NCBI RefSeq assembly: GCF_003859805.1
Contig: NZ_RQZG01000007.1
Span: 88,312 to 152,311, forward strand
Length of the DNA: 64,000 nt
Direction of reading: 5' to 3'
DNA from: Arachnia propionica
Lineage (GTDB): Bacteria > Actinomycetota > Actinomycetes > Propionibacteriales > Propionibacteriaceae
Shown here: positions 28,589 to 38,658 of the stretch, one piece after another
Layout of the letters: the number at the start of each line of letters is the position of its first letter
How positions within the stretch are numbered: the first letter of the stretch is position 1
The notes under the pieces: generated by a model
Told to the model about the DNA's origin: nothing
The model's database searches: none
What the model saw: the letters and a program-made list of their open reading frames with translations, nothing else
Translations under genes and position numbers: made by a program

Positions 28589-29910
28589 TCAGGAGGTGCG
28601 TTCCTCCTTCGCGCGGGCACGGCCACGACGGAAGGCACCGTCGATGCCCCAACCACCACCACCGACGGCCACGAACAACAGCCCCACCGCGCCGAGCAGC
28701 AGGTCCCGGTCACCCGAGAAGCCCTCGACGCCGGGCAGGAACGGGCTGAACGCACCCCATCGGTAGAGCGCGAGCGACCCGATGGACAGCACCAGCATCA
28801 GCAGACCGACGACCCGCACCATCAGGCCGATCACCAGGAACAGCGCGATCCCGCCCAGCGTGAAACCGAGCACCCAGGTCATGAGCTGCGGCTGCGGCAC
28901 CACCGTGGTGGCCAACCGCTCCGCCGTCGCCTCCGGGGCCGTGAGGATCTGGTAGCCGATCACCCCGAGGATCCCGGCCACCACCAGCCGCAGGAACATC
29001 AGCCCGAGCGAGGGCAGGAACTTGTCCGTCACCCGGGTCGGGACGGCCTGCGGGGCACGCACCTCGTCCTGCTGCGAGGTCGCGACGACCCCGAGGCGTT
29101 CATTGCGGGCCGCACGCTCCGCCGCGACCTGCTCCTCCAGGCGACGCTCCGCGTCCAGCTCCTCCTCCGGCACCACCGCCATGGCCGCCGTCGGTTCCGG
29201 CACCGGCTCACCGATCACCTCGGTCCGGGCCTCTGCCCCGTCCCGGAACACGTCTGCGGGCACCGCCGTCGTGGTCTCCTCGGCCTCCGGCACGATCGGA
29301 CGTGGCCGGACCCGCTCCTCCACCACCGGCTCGGCAGCCGACGTCCCGGGCTCTGAGAACAGTGGCACCTCCTGCGTGGTGGTGACCTCGTCCTCGACCG
29401 GGATCGCTGCCTGTGGCTCCGGCTGGTCGACGACCTCGGGGGTCGCGGACTCGGCGGCAGGGGCCGGGGCCTCCGGCTCGATGGGGCTCGGGGCCTGCGG
29501 CATCCTCCTGGCAGCGGGGCCCTCCGCCTCGACGGGGGCCGGAGCCGTCAGGTTGTCCGGCACCTCGGGGGAACCGGGGGTCTGCGCGGCACGTGCCGGG
29601 GCCGCCCGCTCGGCGCCCTGCGGGGCCGGCATCGGTGTGAGCACCGACGTGTCCTCGGCCCCCGGCCCTCCCTCAGGGTAGGCGTGGGCCGCCCTCGGGT
29701 CACTCAGCACCACCCGGGTGGTCGGCTCCTCCTCGGCCTCCTCGACACGTGGTCTGGCGTTCGGGGGTGTCACCTGGACGGACTGCTCCGGGGTGTAGTC
29801 GTTCCACTCGGCCGGGCTGACCGCGGTGCCGTACTCACTCTGCTCGTCATCCCAGTCGGCGTCCCGGGGCGTGCCCTGACGCACCCACTCGCCGTCATTG
29901 CCTGAAGACA
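28589..29910 (-). CDS. Membrane protein with a long Pro/Glu/Ala-rich disordered N-terminal region and a C-terminal 4-TM (DoxX-like) domain
   Basis: Start set at MSSGNDGEW, preceded by GGAGGA. The N-terminal ~330 aa are low-complexity (PEPTAAMAVVPEE...), and the C-terminal ~150 aa are hydrophobic. Confidence 0.55.
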
Positions 29911-30026
29911 TGGATCCTCCTGAAGCCGTCAACAGTTGCGAGACCCCCACCGCGAGGTGAGACCTCGTTTCCATCATGGCATCGACGGCATGGCCCGGGG
30001 CCAAGGCGCGCCCGCTTCCTGGACGT

Positions 30027-31169
30027 TCAGGAACGGGAGGCCCGGCCCAGCTCGACCAGCATCGCCTCCAACGCCAACACCGGGGCGACGTTGCGCTCCA
30101 GTGCCTCCCGGGCCGCCAGCAACGCGTCCAGGGCACGAATGGTCTGCTCCGGACGGGTCGCAGCCGCGAAGGGCAGGATCTGATCCGCCAGGTCCGCGTT
30201 GACCAGCGGCACCTCCTCGGCCGTCTGCGCGGCCAACACGTCCCGGTACCACCCCGTCAGCTCGGTCAACGCCCCGTCGATGGCGTCCCGCTGGAACCGC
30301 TTCACCCGGATCTTCTGCTGCTCCTCCAGGTCCTTGACCGCTCCCTGGGTGCCACGCGCCCTCACCCCCTTGACCCCCATCCCGAGTGCGGCCTGCAGCT
30401 CCGCCATCTCCTTGGCGTCCAGGTCCGCGGTCAACGCCGTCGCCTCGGCACTGGCGTCCTCGACGAGCCGCGCCGCCGCATCCAGGCACCCCGACAACGA
30501 CGTCAACCGCAACGGCAGCTCCAGCACCGCACGACGGCGCGAACGCACCTCCTCGTTCAGCGCCAACGCCCGGGCCCGCCCGATGTGCCCCTGCGCGGCC
30601 TGCGCGCTGTGTCGGGCGAGGTTCTCGTCCACCTTGTCGCGTTCCACCAGCAGCCGTGCCACCTCCTCGACCGGCGGGGTGACCAGCCGCAGCTCCCGGC
30701 ACCGGGAACGGATGGTGACGATCACGTCGTCGGCCGACGGCGCACACAGCAGCCACACCGTCCTCGGTGCCGGCTCCTCGATGGACTTGAGCAGGGCATC
30801 GGCCCCCCGCTCGGTGACCCGGTCCGCATCCTCCACCACGACGACCTGCCAACGACCCCCGACCGGTGAGACGTTGGCCCTGGAGACCAGGTCACGTACC
30901 TCGTCGACCCCGATGCTGAGTTTCTCCGTGCGCAACAGGGTGACATCCGGATGGGCACCCGACAAGGCAGTACGGCAGTCGTTGCAGACCCCGCAGCCGC
31001 CGTCTCGGCACTGCAGGGCCGCCGCGAAGGCACGAGCGGCATTGGAACGCCCCGACCCCGGCGGACCGACGAACAGCCAGGCGTGCGTCATCGCGTGCCG
31101 ACCTCCCTCGACGGCGCGCCGCAGGGTGTCGACCGCCCGGTGCTGCCCCACCAACTCGTCCCACACACT
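30027..31169 (-). CDS. holB: DNA polymerase III subunit delta'
   Basis: AAA+ motif WLFVGPPGSGRSNAARAFAAAL and the Zn-module CRDGGCGVCNDC. The GTG start overlaps the tmk TGA (GTGA) at 31169. Confidence 0.85.
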   Translation of the reverse strand, partial: SVWDELVGQHRAVDTLRRAVEGGRHAMTHAWLFVGPPGSGRSNAARAFAAALQCRDGGCGVCNDCRTALSGAHPDVTLLRTEKLSIGVDEVRDLVSRANVSPVGGRWQVVVVEDADRVTERGADALLKSIEEPAPRTVWLLCAPSADDVIVTIRSRCRELRLVTPPVEEVARLLVERDKVDENLARHSAQAAQGHIGRARALALNEEVRSRRRAVLELPLRLTSLSGCLDAAARLVEDASAEATALTADLDAKEMAELQAALGMGVKGVRARGTQGAVKDLEEQQKIRVKRFQRDAIDGALTELTGWYRDVLAAQTAEEVPLVNADLADQILPFAAATRPEQTIRALDALLAAREALERNVAPVLALEAMLVELGRASRS

Positions 31170-31795
31170 CACGACGACAATCCTGCCAGCAGCCGTTCCA
31201 CCCTCGCCGTGACACCCGCCCCGATCTGCTCGCGCGAGTTGCGGGCGTGGAGGACCAGGTACCTCTTCGGGGCGCGCCGGGCCAGATGCAGGAAGTGCTC
31301 CCGGGCGCGACGGTGGAAGTCCAGCCCCGCCGCCTCCAGCCGGTCCTGCTCCCGGATCCGCGCCACCGCCTGCCTGGGATCGGCGTCCAGCAGCACCGTC
31401 AGGTCGGGTGTGAGCCCACCGGTCGCCCAGGCCGCGACGCGCTCCACCTCCGCGAAGTCCAGCACCCGACCCGCCCCCTGGTAGGCGATCATCGAGTCCA
31501 CGTACCGGTCGCACAGCACCACCTGGCCCCGCTCCAGTGCGGGACGGATCACCTCCTCGACGTGCTGCGCCTTGTCAGCAGCGTAGACGAGGGCCTCCGT
31601 GCGCGCGTGGAGCTCCTGGTGCCCCGGATCCAGCAGGATCTGTCTCAGCTTCGCCCCGATCCGGGTCCCACCGGGTTGCCGGGTCACCAGATGGGGCAGT
31701 CCTCGCTCCTCCAGCCACGCCGTGAGACGTCTGACCTGGGTCGACTTGCCCACCCCGTCGCCCCCCTCGAAGACGATGAACAATCCCCTGCTCAT
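31169..31795 (-). CDS. tmk: Thymidylate kinase
   Basis: GLFIVFEGGDGVGKSTQ is the P-loop, followed by the DRY-like DRYVDS block. Start at MSRGLF. Confidence 0.9.
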   Translation of the reverse strand: MSRGLFIVFEGGDGVGKSTQVRRLTAWLEERGLPHLVTRQPGGTRIGAKLRQILLDPGHQELHARTEALVYAADKAQHVEEVIRPALERGQVVLCDRYVDSMIAYQGAGRVLDFAEVERVAAWATGGLTPDLTVLLDADPRQAVARIREQDRLEAAGLDFHRRAREHFLHLARRAPKRYLVLHARNSREQIGAGVTARVERLLAGLSS

Positions 31796-33108
31796 CGTCG
31801 GGCCTTCGTCAGCAGGCGTGTGACCTCGCTCACGTGATCCGGCCACTGTGTGACGAAGGCCTCCCGCTCGGCGACGGCGCGCTGCCGACACCGCTCCACC
31901 CGGCGCCCCAGCTCGAACGCCTCCGGGGCGCCCAGCCCGTCCAGCGAGTCCACCGTCGTCACGTCGGCGCACCGCCCCAACGCCCGGGTGATCCCGGTGA
32001 GCCGCTTCATCACCCGTCGTCCGGCCTTGCCGTGCAGGTGGGCCGCGACGGCCCCGCTGGCGCACAGCTGCTCGGCCGCCGCATGGGCGGCCCCCCAGTC
32101 CCGGTCCGGCGAGTCCGGGGACAGCATCCGGCACCGCTCGGCCAGGATCCGGGCCCCGTGCTCGGCACGACGCAGCAGCAGCCGTGCCGCCGGTTCCCGG
32201 GACGCATCACCCAGCCGCGGGGCCCGCACCGCCCCGACCAGGACGTCGATCACCTCCAGCACCCGGCTCCCCGGCTCCCCGAGCAGCAGCTCGTCCAGCT
32301 CCCGCAGCCACGCGGGGTCCAGCACACTGGCCAGGCCACGCGCATGCCCGCGGATGTCGCTGAACAGCGTCACCAGGGTGTCCGGGGCGGACAGCACCGC
32401 CGCGACCAGGGCCCGGAGATCCGTGGCGAACAGCCAGGTCACGAAGGCTTCCAAGGTCACCTCGCGACGACGTCCCCTGATCGGCTCCGGGAAGTCCGTG
32501 AAACCCGAGGCGGGTGGTCCGAGCCGCTGCTGCAGGGTGGGGAACCGCATGACCCGGGCCCCCGCCACCTGAGCCATCGCCGTCGTCACGGCCTCGCACC
32601 GCTCAGGTGTGGGATGCTCCAGGGTGAACGTGGCCTCACGGTACCGGGCGACGGTGACGCCACCGCGCAGCACCGTCACCTGCTCGTCACGGATCGTCCC
32701 GAGTTCCCCGTCCTCGCCCCGCATCACGTAGTCACGACGCTCACACTCGAGTCCCGCGACGGGACCGACGGTGGCACGTCGGATGAACGGCCGGATCCAG
32801 GCGACGAACTGGGCGGGCAGCTCGGCGGTCGCATCGATGTCCATGCTCCGCTCGGCGGGAAGGTGTGGCTGCCAGCCGGGAGCCGACAGGTACCAACCCC
32901 CCACGCCACCCTGCACCCGGTGGGCCAGCACGATCCCGGCCCGCAGCAGCCGGTCGTCGGAGGTGTCCAGCACGGTGACGTCGATGTGGTGGCTGGTGGA
33001 GCGGCGTTCCACCAGGGAGGTGATGTCGGCTCCCGCGAAGGTCAGTGGCGGCGGCCCCGCGTGGAAGGGCAGGTCGAACCGCATCACCTCAGCCGTGGAC
33101 TTCCCCAT
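31792..33108 (-). CDS. CYTH domain + CHAD domain protein
   Basis: N-terminal CYTH-like beta-barrel region (ExE-type motif), with a helical CHAD-like C-terminus rich in R/H pairs. Start set at MGKSTAEVMRFDL. The ORF-track 5' extension is an Arg/Pro artefact. Confidence 0.65.
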   Translation of the reverse strand: MGKSTAEVMRFDLPFHAGPPPLTFAGADITSLVERRSTSHHIDVTVLDTSDDRLLRAGIVLAHRVQGGVGGWYLSAPGWQPHLPAERSMDIDATAELPAQFVAWIRPFIRRATVGPVAGLECERRDYVMRGEDGELGTIRDEQVTVLRGGVTVARYREATFTLEHPTPERCEAVTTAMAQVAGARVMRFPTLQQRLGPPASGFTDFPEPIRGRRREVTLEAFVTWLFATDLRALVAAVLSAPDTLVTLFSDIRGHARGLASVLDPAWLRELDELLLGEPGSRVLEVIDVLVGAVRAPRLGDASREPAARLLLRRAEHGARILAERCRMLSPDSPDRDWGAAHAAAEQLCASGAVAAHLHGKAGRRVMKRLTGITRALGRCADVTTVDSLDGLGAPEAFELGRRVERCRQRAVAEREAFVTQWPDHVSEVTRLLTKARR

Positions 33109-33142
33109 GTCCTCACTCTCCCACACGCCCCCGACCCGTGGC

Positions 33143-35812
33143 CTACTTGGTGGTCTTCTTCGTCGTGGTCTTCTTCGTCGTGGTCCTCTTGGCGGTGGAT
33201 CGGCGGGCCGGTTTCCTCGCCGGTCCCTTGGCCCGCTTCTCCGCCAGCAGTTCGAAGGCCCGCTCGGCGGTGATCTCCTCCGGGGAGTCGTCACGTCGCA
33301 GCGTCGCATTGGTCTCGCCGTCGGTGACGTAGGGCCCGAAACGTCCGGACTTCAGCACCACCGGTCTCCCGGTGGCCGGATCGGCCCCGAACTCCTTCAG
33401 CGGGGCCGCGGCCGCCGCCCGTCCCCGGGTCTTCGGGGCCGCGTAGATGGCGAGCGCCTCCTCCAGGGTGATGTCGAAGATCTGCTCCTCAGAGGTGAGC
33501 GACCTCGAATCGGTCCCCTTCTTCAGGTAGGGCCCGTAGCGGCCGTTCTGCGCGGTGATCTCCACACCGTCGGGATCCTTGCCGACGATGCGGGGCAGGG
33601 ACATCAACCTCAGCGCCGTCGCCAGGTCCACCGTCTCGAGCGACATCGACGTGAACAGCGAGGCGCTGCGGGGTTTCGCGGACTTCGGGGATCCCTCGGG
33701 CAGCACCTCGGTGACGTAGGGCCCGAAACGACCGTTCTTCGCCACGACGAGGTTCCCGGAGTCGGGATCGGTGCCGAGCTCGCGTTCCTCGTCGAGCGGG
33801 CGCGACAGCAGCTCCTCGGCCACCTCGACGGTGAGCGCATCGGGGGCCATGTCGTCGGGGACGTTGGCGCGCTTGCCGTCGGCGGCCTCCACGTAGGTGC
33901 CGTAGCGCCCCACCCGCACGTCGATGCCGGAGTCGCGCAGCGGGAAGGTGGACAGTCCCTTGGCGTCGATGTCACCCAGCTCGGTGACGAGCTTCTCCAA
34001 CCCCTTCGCGGCGTCCCCCTCGGGGCCGTGGTAGAAGTCGGAGAGCACCTGGAGCCGCTCGGCCTTGCCCCCGGCGATCTCGTCGAGCAGGTCCTCCAGG
34101 TGCGCGGTGAAGTCGTAGTCCACCAGCTCGGAGAAGTGCTCCTCCAGCAGCCGGGTCACCGCGAAGGCCAACCAGGTCGGCACCAGGGCGGACCCCTTCT
34201 TGAACACGTAGTCCCTGGCGGTGATGGTGCGGATGATCGACGCGTAGGTGGACGGGCGGCCGATCTCCAGCTCCTCCAGTTTCGCCACGAGGGAGGGTTC
34301 GGTGTAGCGGGCCGGGGGTTTCGTCTCGTGCCCGGCGGCCCTGACCTGCTCGGCGACGAGCTCGGTCCCCTTCGTCAGCTGCGGCAGTCGCGACTGCGTG
34401 TCGTCGCTCGTCTGGTCGTCGTCGGTGCCCGCGACATAGGCCTTGAGGAACCCGTGGAAGGAGATGGTGCGTCCTGACGCGGTGAGTTCCGCCCGGGTGA
34501 ACCCGGCTGCGGCGACCGGGGCGTGGATGTGCACCGAGATCTGCTCGCCCCGGGCGTCGGCCATCTGGGAGGCCAGGGTGCGCATCCAGATCAGCCGGTA
34601 CAGCCGCTGGGTGTCACCGACCAGCCCGGTCTCGTCGGGGTGCCGGAAGACGTCCCCGGCGGGCCGGATGGCCTCGTGGGCCTCCTGCGCGTTCTTGACC
34701 TTGGAGGCGTAGATGCGGGGCTTCGCAGGCAGGTAGCGCTCGCCGAACAGCTCGGCCACCTGGGCGCGGGCCGCCGCGATGGCGGCGCTGGACAGGGTCA
34801 CCGAGTCCGTTCGCATGTAGGTGATGAAGCCCTTCTCGTAGAGCTCCTGGGCCACGGACATGGTGCGCTGCGAGGTGAACCCGAGTTTGCGTCCCGCCTC
34901 CTGCTGGAGGGTGGTGGTGCGGAACGGTTCGTAGGGGCGGCGCGTGTAGGGCTTGGCCTCCACCTCGTCGACGGTGAACCGCGCATCCTGCAGGGCCTCG
35001 GCCAGGGCCTCGGCTGCCTCCTGGTCGAGGATCACGGCCTGCTGGTTCGTCGCCTCGCCGGTGGCGTCGAAGTCACGGCCCTGGGCCACCCGGGCCCCGT
35101 CCAGCCCGGTGAGCCGGGCGGGGAAGGTGCGGGGATCGGCCTGCTCACCGGCGTCGAGGACCGCGTCGAGATCCCAGTAGGAGGCGGGCACGAAGGCGAT
35201 GCGTTCCCGTTCCCGGTCCACCACCAGCCGGGTGGCCACGGACTGCACCCGGCCCGCCGAGAGTTTCGGCATCACCTTCTTCCACAGCACGGGGGAGACC
35301 TCGTAGCCGTAGAGTCGGTCGAGGATGCGGCGGGTCTCCTGCGCATCCACCAGGTCGGCGTCGAGTTCCCTCGGGTTGGCGACGGCCTCGGCGATGGCGC
35401 TGGGGGTGATCTCGTGGAACACCATGCGCCGGGCCGGGACCTTCGGCTTGAGTTCCTCCAGCAGGTGCCATGCGATGGCCTCACCCTCGCGGTCACCATC
35501 GGTGGCGAGCAGGAGTTCGTCGGCCTCCTTGAGCCTGGCCTTCAGGTCACGCAGCGTGCTCTTCTTGTCGGCCGCGACGACGTAGAGCGGGGCGAAGTCA
35601 TCGGCGATGTTCACCCCGGTGCGGGCCCACTTGGCGCCCTTGTACTTCTCCGGGACCTCGGCGGCCCCGGTCGGGAGGTCGCGGATGTGTCCACGGCTGG
35701 ACTCCACGATGTAACCGTCGCCCAGGTACCCGGCGATCTTGGTTGCCTTCGTGGGCGACTCCACGATCACGAGCCGCTTCAGCTTCTCAGCCATGCTTCC
35801 TCCCTGATTCAC
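33143..35812 (-). CDS. topA: DNA topoisomerase I
   Basis: TOPRIM N-terminus (LVIVESPTKA), catalytic Tyr region, and a C-terminal Lys/Thr-rich basic tail (KRTTTKKTTTKKTTK) as in actinobacterial TopA. Confidence 0.95.
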   Translation of the reverse strand: MNQGGSMAEKLKRLVIVESPTKATKIAGYLGDGYIVESSRGHIRDLPTGAAEVPEKYKGAKWARTGVNIADDFAPLYVVAADKKSTLRDLKARLKEADELLLATDGDREGEAIAWHLLEELKPKVPARRMVFHEITPSAIAEAVANPRELDADLVDAQETRRILDRLYGYEVSPVLWKKVMPKLSAGRVQSVATRLVVDRERERIAFVPASYWDLDAVLDAGEQADPRTFPARLTGLDGARVAQGRDFDATGEATNQQAVILDQEAAEALAEALQDARFTVDEVEAKPYTRRPYEPFRTTTLQQEAGRKLGFTSQRTMSVAQELYEKGFITYMRTDSVTLSSAAIAAARAQVAELFGERYLPAKPRIYASKVKNAQEAHEAIRPAGDVFRHPDETGLVGDTQRLYRLIWMRTLASQMADARGEQISVHIHAPVAAAGFTRAELTASGRTISFHGFLKAYVAGTDDDQTSDDTQSRLPQLTKGTELVAEQVRAAGHETKPPARYTEPSLVAKLEELEIGRPSTYASIIRTITARDYVFKKGSALVPTWLAFAVTRLLEEHFSELVDYDFTAHLEDLLDEIAGGKAERLQVLSDFYHGPEGDAAKGLEKLVTELGDIDAKGLSTFPLRDSGIDVRVGRYGTYVEAADGKRANVPDDMAPDALTVEVAEELLSRPLDEERELGTDPDSGNLVVAKNGRFGPYVTEVLPEGSPKSAKPRSASLFTSMSLETVDLATALRLMSLPRIVGKDPDGVEITAQNGRYGPYLKKGTDSRSLTSEEQIFDITLEEALAIYAAPKTRGRAAAAAPLKEFGADPATGRPVVLKSGRFGPYVTDGETNATLRRDDSPEEITAERAFELLAEKRAKGPARKPARRSTAKRTTTKKTTTKKTTK

Positions 35813-37305
35813 TGCATGGGAACAATAGCCGACACCCCAGCCGTGGGGCGCAGGTACTGCTCCCTGAGTGCCTGACGCACCACCGGCAGGGCCTCCCGGG
35901 CGACCTCGGTGACGGGCTGCTCCAGCAGGTGGGCGACGGCGGCGACGGTCTGCCCCACGGCCAGTTCGCCGTCGAGGGCACCCAGCACCGCCCCGGTCGT
36001 GGTGGCGAGCCGGAGCCCACGCAGCAGGCCGGTGCGCTGCCGCAGCACCAGGTGTTCGGGGTCCTCGGCCCCGGGCTGTCCAGTGGTCTCGACCACGACC
36101 CGGTCCAGGGCAGGGGTGAGCCGCAGCAGCTGTTCGTCAGGCAGTTCGGCGGCGCTGACGGCCTCGGCGTGGGCGGCGAACACCGCACCGACCGGTTGGG
36201 CGACGGCGTGTGGCCAGGACTCGCAGCGGATGTCGGGGGTGATGCGTCCCGAGTTGGTGACCAGCACCCAGCCCAACCCCACCTCGTCGATGCCGAGCCG
36301 GTCGAAGTAGGCCAGCCAGCGCCGGTAGGTGGGCTCCCACAGCTCGGTTCCCGCCAGCCCGGCGTCGGTGAGCCACATCTCGACGTAGGCGAACCGGTCC
36401 AGGCGTTCCCGTTCCAGGACCAGCAGGTCACAGCCGGAGCCCGCCACCCAGGATGCGAGCCTCTCCTGCCACGGTTGCCCGGCGACGACGGCCCAGTTGG
36501 TCAGCAGCTGCAGGCTGCCGCCGGGGTTGAGGTGAGCGGGGGCCTGCCGGATGACCGCCTCGACCAGGCCGTCGCCGGTGAACCCCGATTCCCGGTAGGT
36601 GAGGCGCTCACCGTCGGGAGGACTCATCACATAGGGCGGGTTGGAGACGATGAGGTCGAAGCCGTCGTCCGCCACCGGATCGAACAGGGAGCCCTCGCGG
36701 AAGTCGATGTCCATCCCGCTGAGGGCCGCCCCGAGCCGGGCGAGCCGGAGGGCCCGCGGGTTGACGTCGGTGGCCACCACCTGCTGGCAGTGCCTGCTCA
36801 GGTGGAAGCTCTGCACCCCGCACCCGGTACCGAGATCCAGGGCACGCCCGACGGGGGTGCGCATGGTGATCTGGGCCAGGGTCTGTGAGGCCGGGGAGGC
36901 TCCCAGCACGTAGTCGGGGCGTGGTGGGGTGACGGTCCCGTCGAGGCCGGGGGTGAGGTCGCTGACCAACCACCCGGAGGCCCCGTCGTCGGGGGAGCCG
37001 TAGGGTCTGAGATCCACCACGGCGCGCACCTCGTCGCCACACCGGCTGAGCACCTCCGCCTCGAGCAGGTCGGCCAGGTGTGCCCCGAAGGTCTCCTCGA
37101 CCGGTGCCGAGGCCACGGTCTGCTGGAGCAGGAACAGGCGGATCAGCACCGCCTGCGGGTCCAGCCCCCCGGCCAGCCCGACATCGGCGGGAACGGTGGA
37201 GTTGCGACCGAGCCCGGCCTGGCCGGTCCCGCCGATCCGTTCCAGCACGGCATCGGTGGTGTAGTCGTGGGTGAGCAGCGTCTCGCTGAGGCCGGTGAAG
37301 TCCAT
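35809..37305 (-). CDS. Class I SAM-dependent methyltransferase (HemK-like, NPPY motif)
   Basis: LDLGTGCGV (motif I) and IVSNPPYV (motif IV), with an extended C-terminal domain. 498 aa. Confidence 0.7.
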   Translation of the reverse strand: MDFTGLSETLLTHDYTTDAVLERIGGTGQAGLGRNSTVPADVGLAGGLDPQAVLIRLFLLQQTVASAPVEETFGAHLADLLEAEVLSRCGDEVRAVVDLRPYGSPDDGASGWLVSDLTPGLDGTVTPPRPDYVLGASPASQTLAQITMRTPVGRALDLGTGCGVQSFHLSRHCQQVVATDVNPRALRLARLGAALSGMDIDFREGSLFDPVADDGFDLIVSNPPYVMSPPDGERLTYRESGFTGDGLVEAVIRQAPAHLNPGGSLQLLTNWAVVAGQPWQERLASWVAGSGCDLLVLERERLDRFAYVEMWLTDAGLAGTELWEPTYRRWLAYFDRLGIDEVGLGWVLVTNSGRITPDIRCESWPHAVAQPVGAVFAAHAEAVSAAELPDEQLLRLTPALDRVVVETTGQPGAEDPEHLVLRQRTGLLRGLRLATTTGAVLGALDGELAVGQTVAAVAHLLEQPVTEVAREALPVVRQALREQYLRPTAGVSAIVPMQ

Positions 37306-37513
37306 GGCCCAACTGTGTCATCCCTCCTCCTTCCTCGCCGCATCACATCAGCCCACACCACGGTGCGGGCCGTGTGACGATGGCCGCGTCGTACTGCGTC
37401 GCGCCGCGTGTTCCGGCCCCATCCCACCCCAGCCCCTCGTGCACGAACCACGGGGCCGCGTGACCTGAAACCGCCGTGTCTCGCGTGGACGGTTGGGAGG
37501 CGTGGCCCGGACA

Positions 37514-37870
37514 TCACCCCGTCCCGGCGGTGGCGGTGCGGGTCACGGCCAGACCGGTTCGGCCGAGCCCGGCACCCAGCGGCACCCGGATGCTGACCTC
37601 GACGACGAAGCTGCGGGGTTCACCGAAGACCTGGCAGGTCTCCAGGTCCGCCTCGTTGGCCTCGGCGGTGCGGGTGGCGATGGCACAGCCGTCCTGCCCC
37701 TGCGCCACCGCCTCCGCCGCGGCGAGTGCCGTCAGGTCGGCGGCACCGCCAGCCCTGGTCGCAGCACCGAGCCAGCCCACCAGCACCAACGCCCCCGTGA
37801 CGACGGCGACCAGGGCCAGGCAGACCGCGGCCACCATCAGCGTTCCCGCGCCACGTTCGTCTGGTCTCAT
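37514..37870 (-). CDS. TadE-like pilus-assembly protein (Rv3654c family, helicase/secretion neighbourhood)
   Basis: Short protein with an N-terminal hydrophobic helix (GTLMVAAVCLALVAVVTGALVLVGW) and an Ala-rich body. Confidence 0.55.
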   Translation of the reverse strand: MRPDERGAGTLMVAAVCLALVAVVTGALVLVGWLGAATRAGGAADLTALAAAEAVAQGQDGCAIATRTAEANEADLETCQVFGEPRSFVVEVSIRVPLGAGLGRTGLAVTRTATAGTG

Positions 37871-38187
37871 GGCCCCTCCCCCGGCTCCCAGGGGGTGAAG
37901 GCGTGGGCCGTGAGCGGCACCACCCCCAACCCGGGCACCTCCACCTCTGCGGTCAGGGTCACCGCCACCCCCTCACGGGTGGTGTCGATGCTGGCCGTGG
38001 CCCCGGCCGGGGCCCGCTCGGTGGCGGCATCCGCCGCCGTGGTGTCCCCGCGGGCCAGGTACCGGGCGGTCTCGGCGGCCGCGGTGTGCAGCCCTGCCTG
38101 GGTCACCCCGAGCAGCACCACGGCGGTGAGGGTGCCGAGCAGCATCACCACGACGATGAGCCCGATGGCCAGTTCCACCGTCACCAT
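37867..38187 (-). CDS. TadE-family protein
   Basis: MVTVELAIGLIVVVMLLGTL is the TadE N-terminal signature. It overlaps the downstream gene by 4 nt. Confidence 0.6.
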   Translation of the reverse strand: MVTVELAIGLIVVVMLLGTLTAVVLLGVTQAGLHTAAAETARYLARGDTTAADAATERAPAGATASIDTTREGVAVTLTAEVEVPGLGVVPLTAHAFTPWEPGEGP

Positions 38188-38267
38188 CCCTCGTTGACCG
38201 CACCCACGCCCCGTGGTCCAGACCTTGGGGCGTGGGACGGCCGGAGCCGTCCCACGCATGAGGGTCA

Positions 38268-38483
38268 GTCGTGGGCCGCGGCCTGGACGAAGATGTCGGT
38301 GACCCACTTCATCATGGCGTCGAAGATGGAGTTGTCGTTGAAGATGCGCAGCAGCAACAGGGCTGCTGCGGCGGCCCCCAGCAGACCGATCGCGTACTCG
38401 ACGGTGGTGAGTCCCCGTTCGGCGTGCCGACGGGCCGGCCGGGAGGAACGGGTGCTGCGGCGGACAGGGATCAGGGCGGACAT
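38268..38483 (-). CDS. Flp/pilin-like small protein (DUF4244-like)
   Basis: LTTVEYAIGLLGAAAAALLLL... (ERGxxTxEYAIG motif). Start set at MSALIPV. Confidence 0.5.
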
Positions 38484-38658
38484 GGCTTCTCCTTTGAACT
38501 CATCCCGGTCGGCTCTCGACCGGTGATACTCCCACCATGGACACAGGAGCTGCGCCAGGACGTTTTCCCACATCCCCTCCTCGAGGTGACAACACCTCAG
38601 GCCCTGGTGACAACACCCGGGCCGGACTGCCGGTCCACCGTCGTGCGCAGGTGACCGC

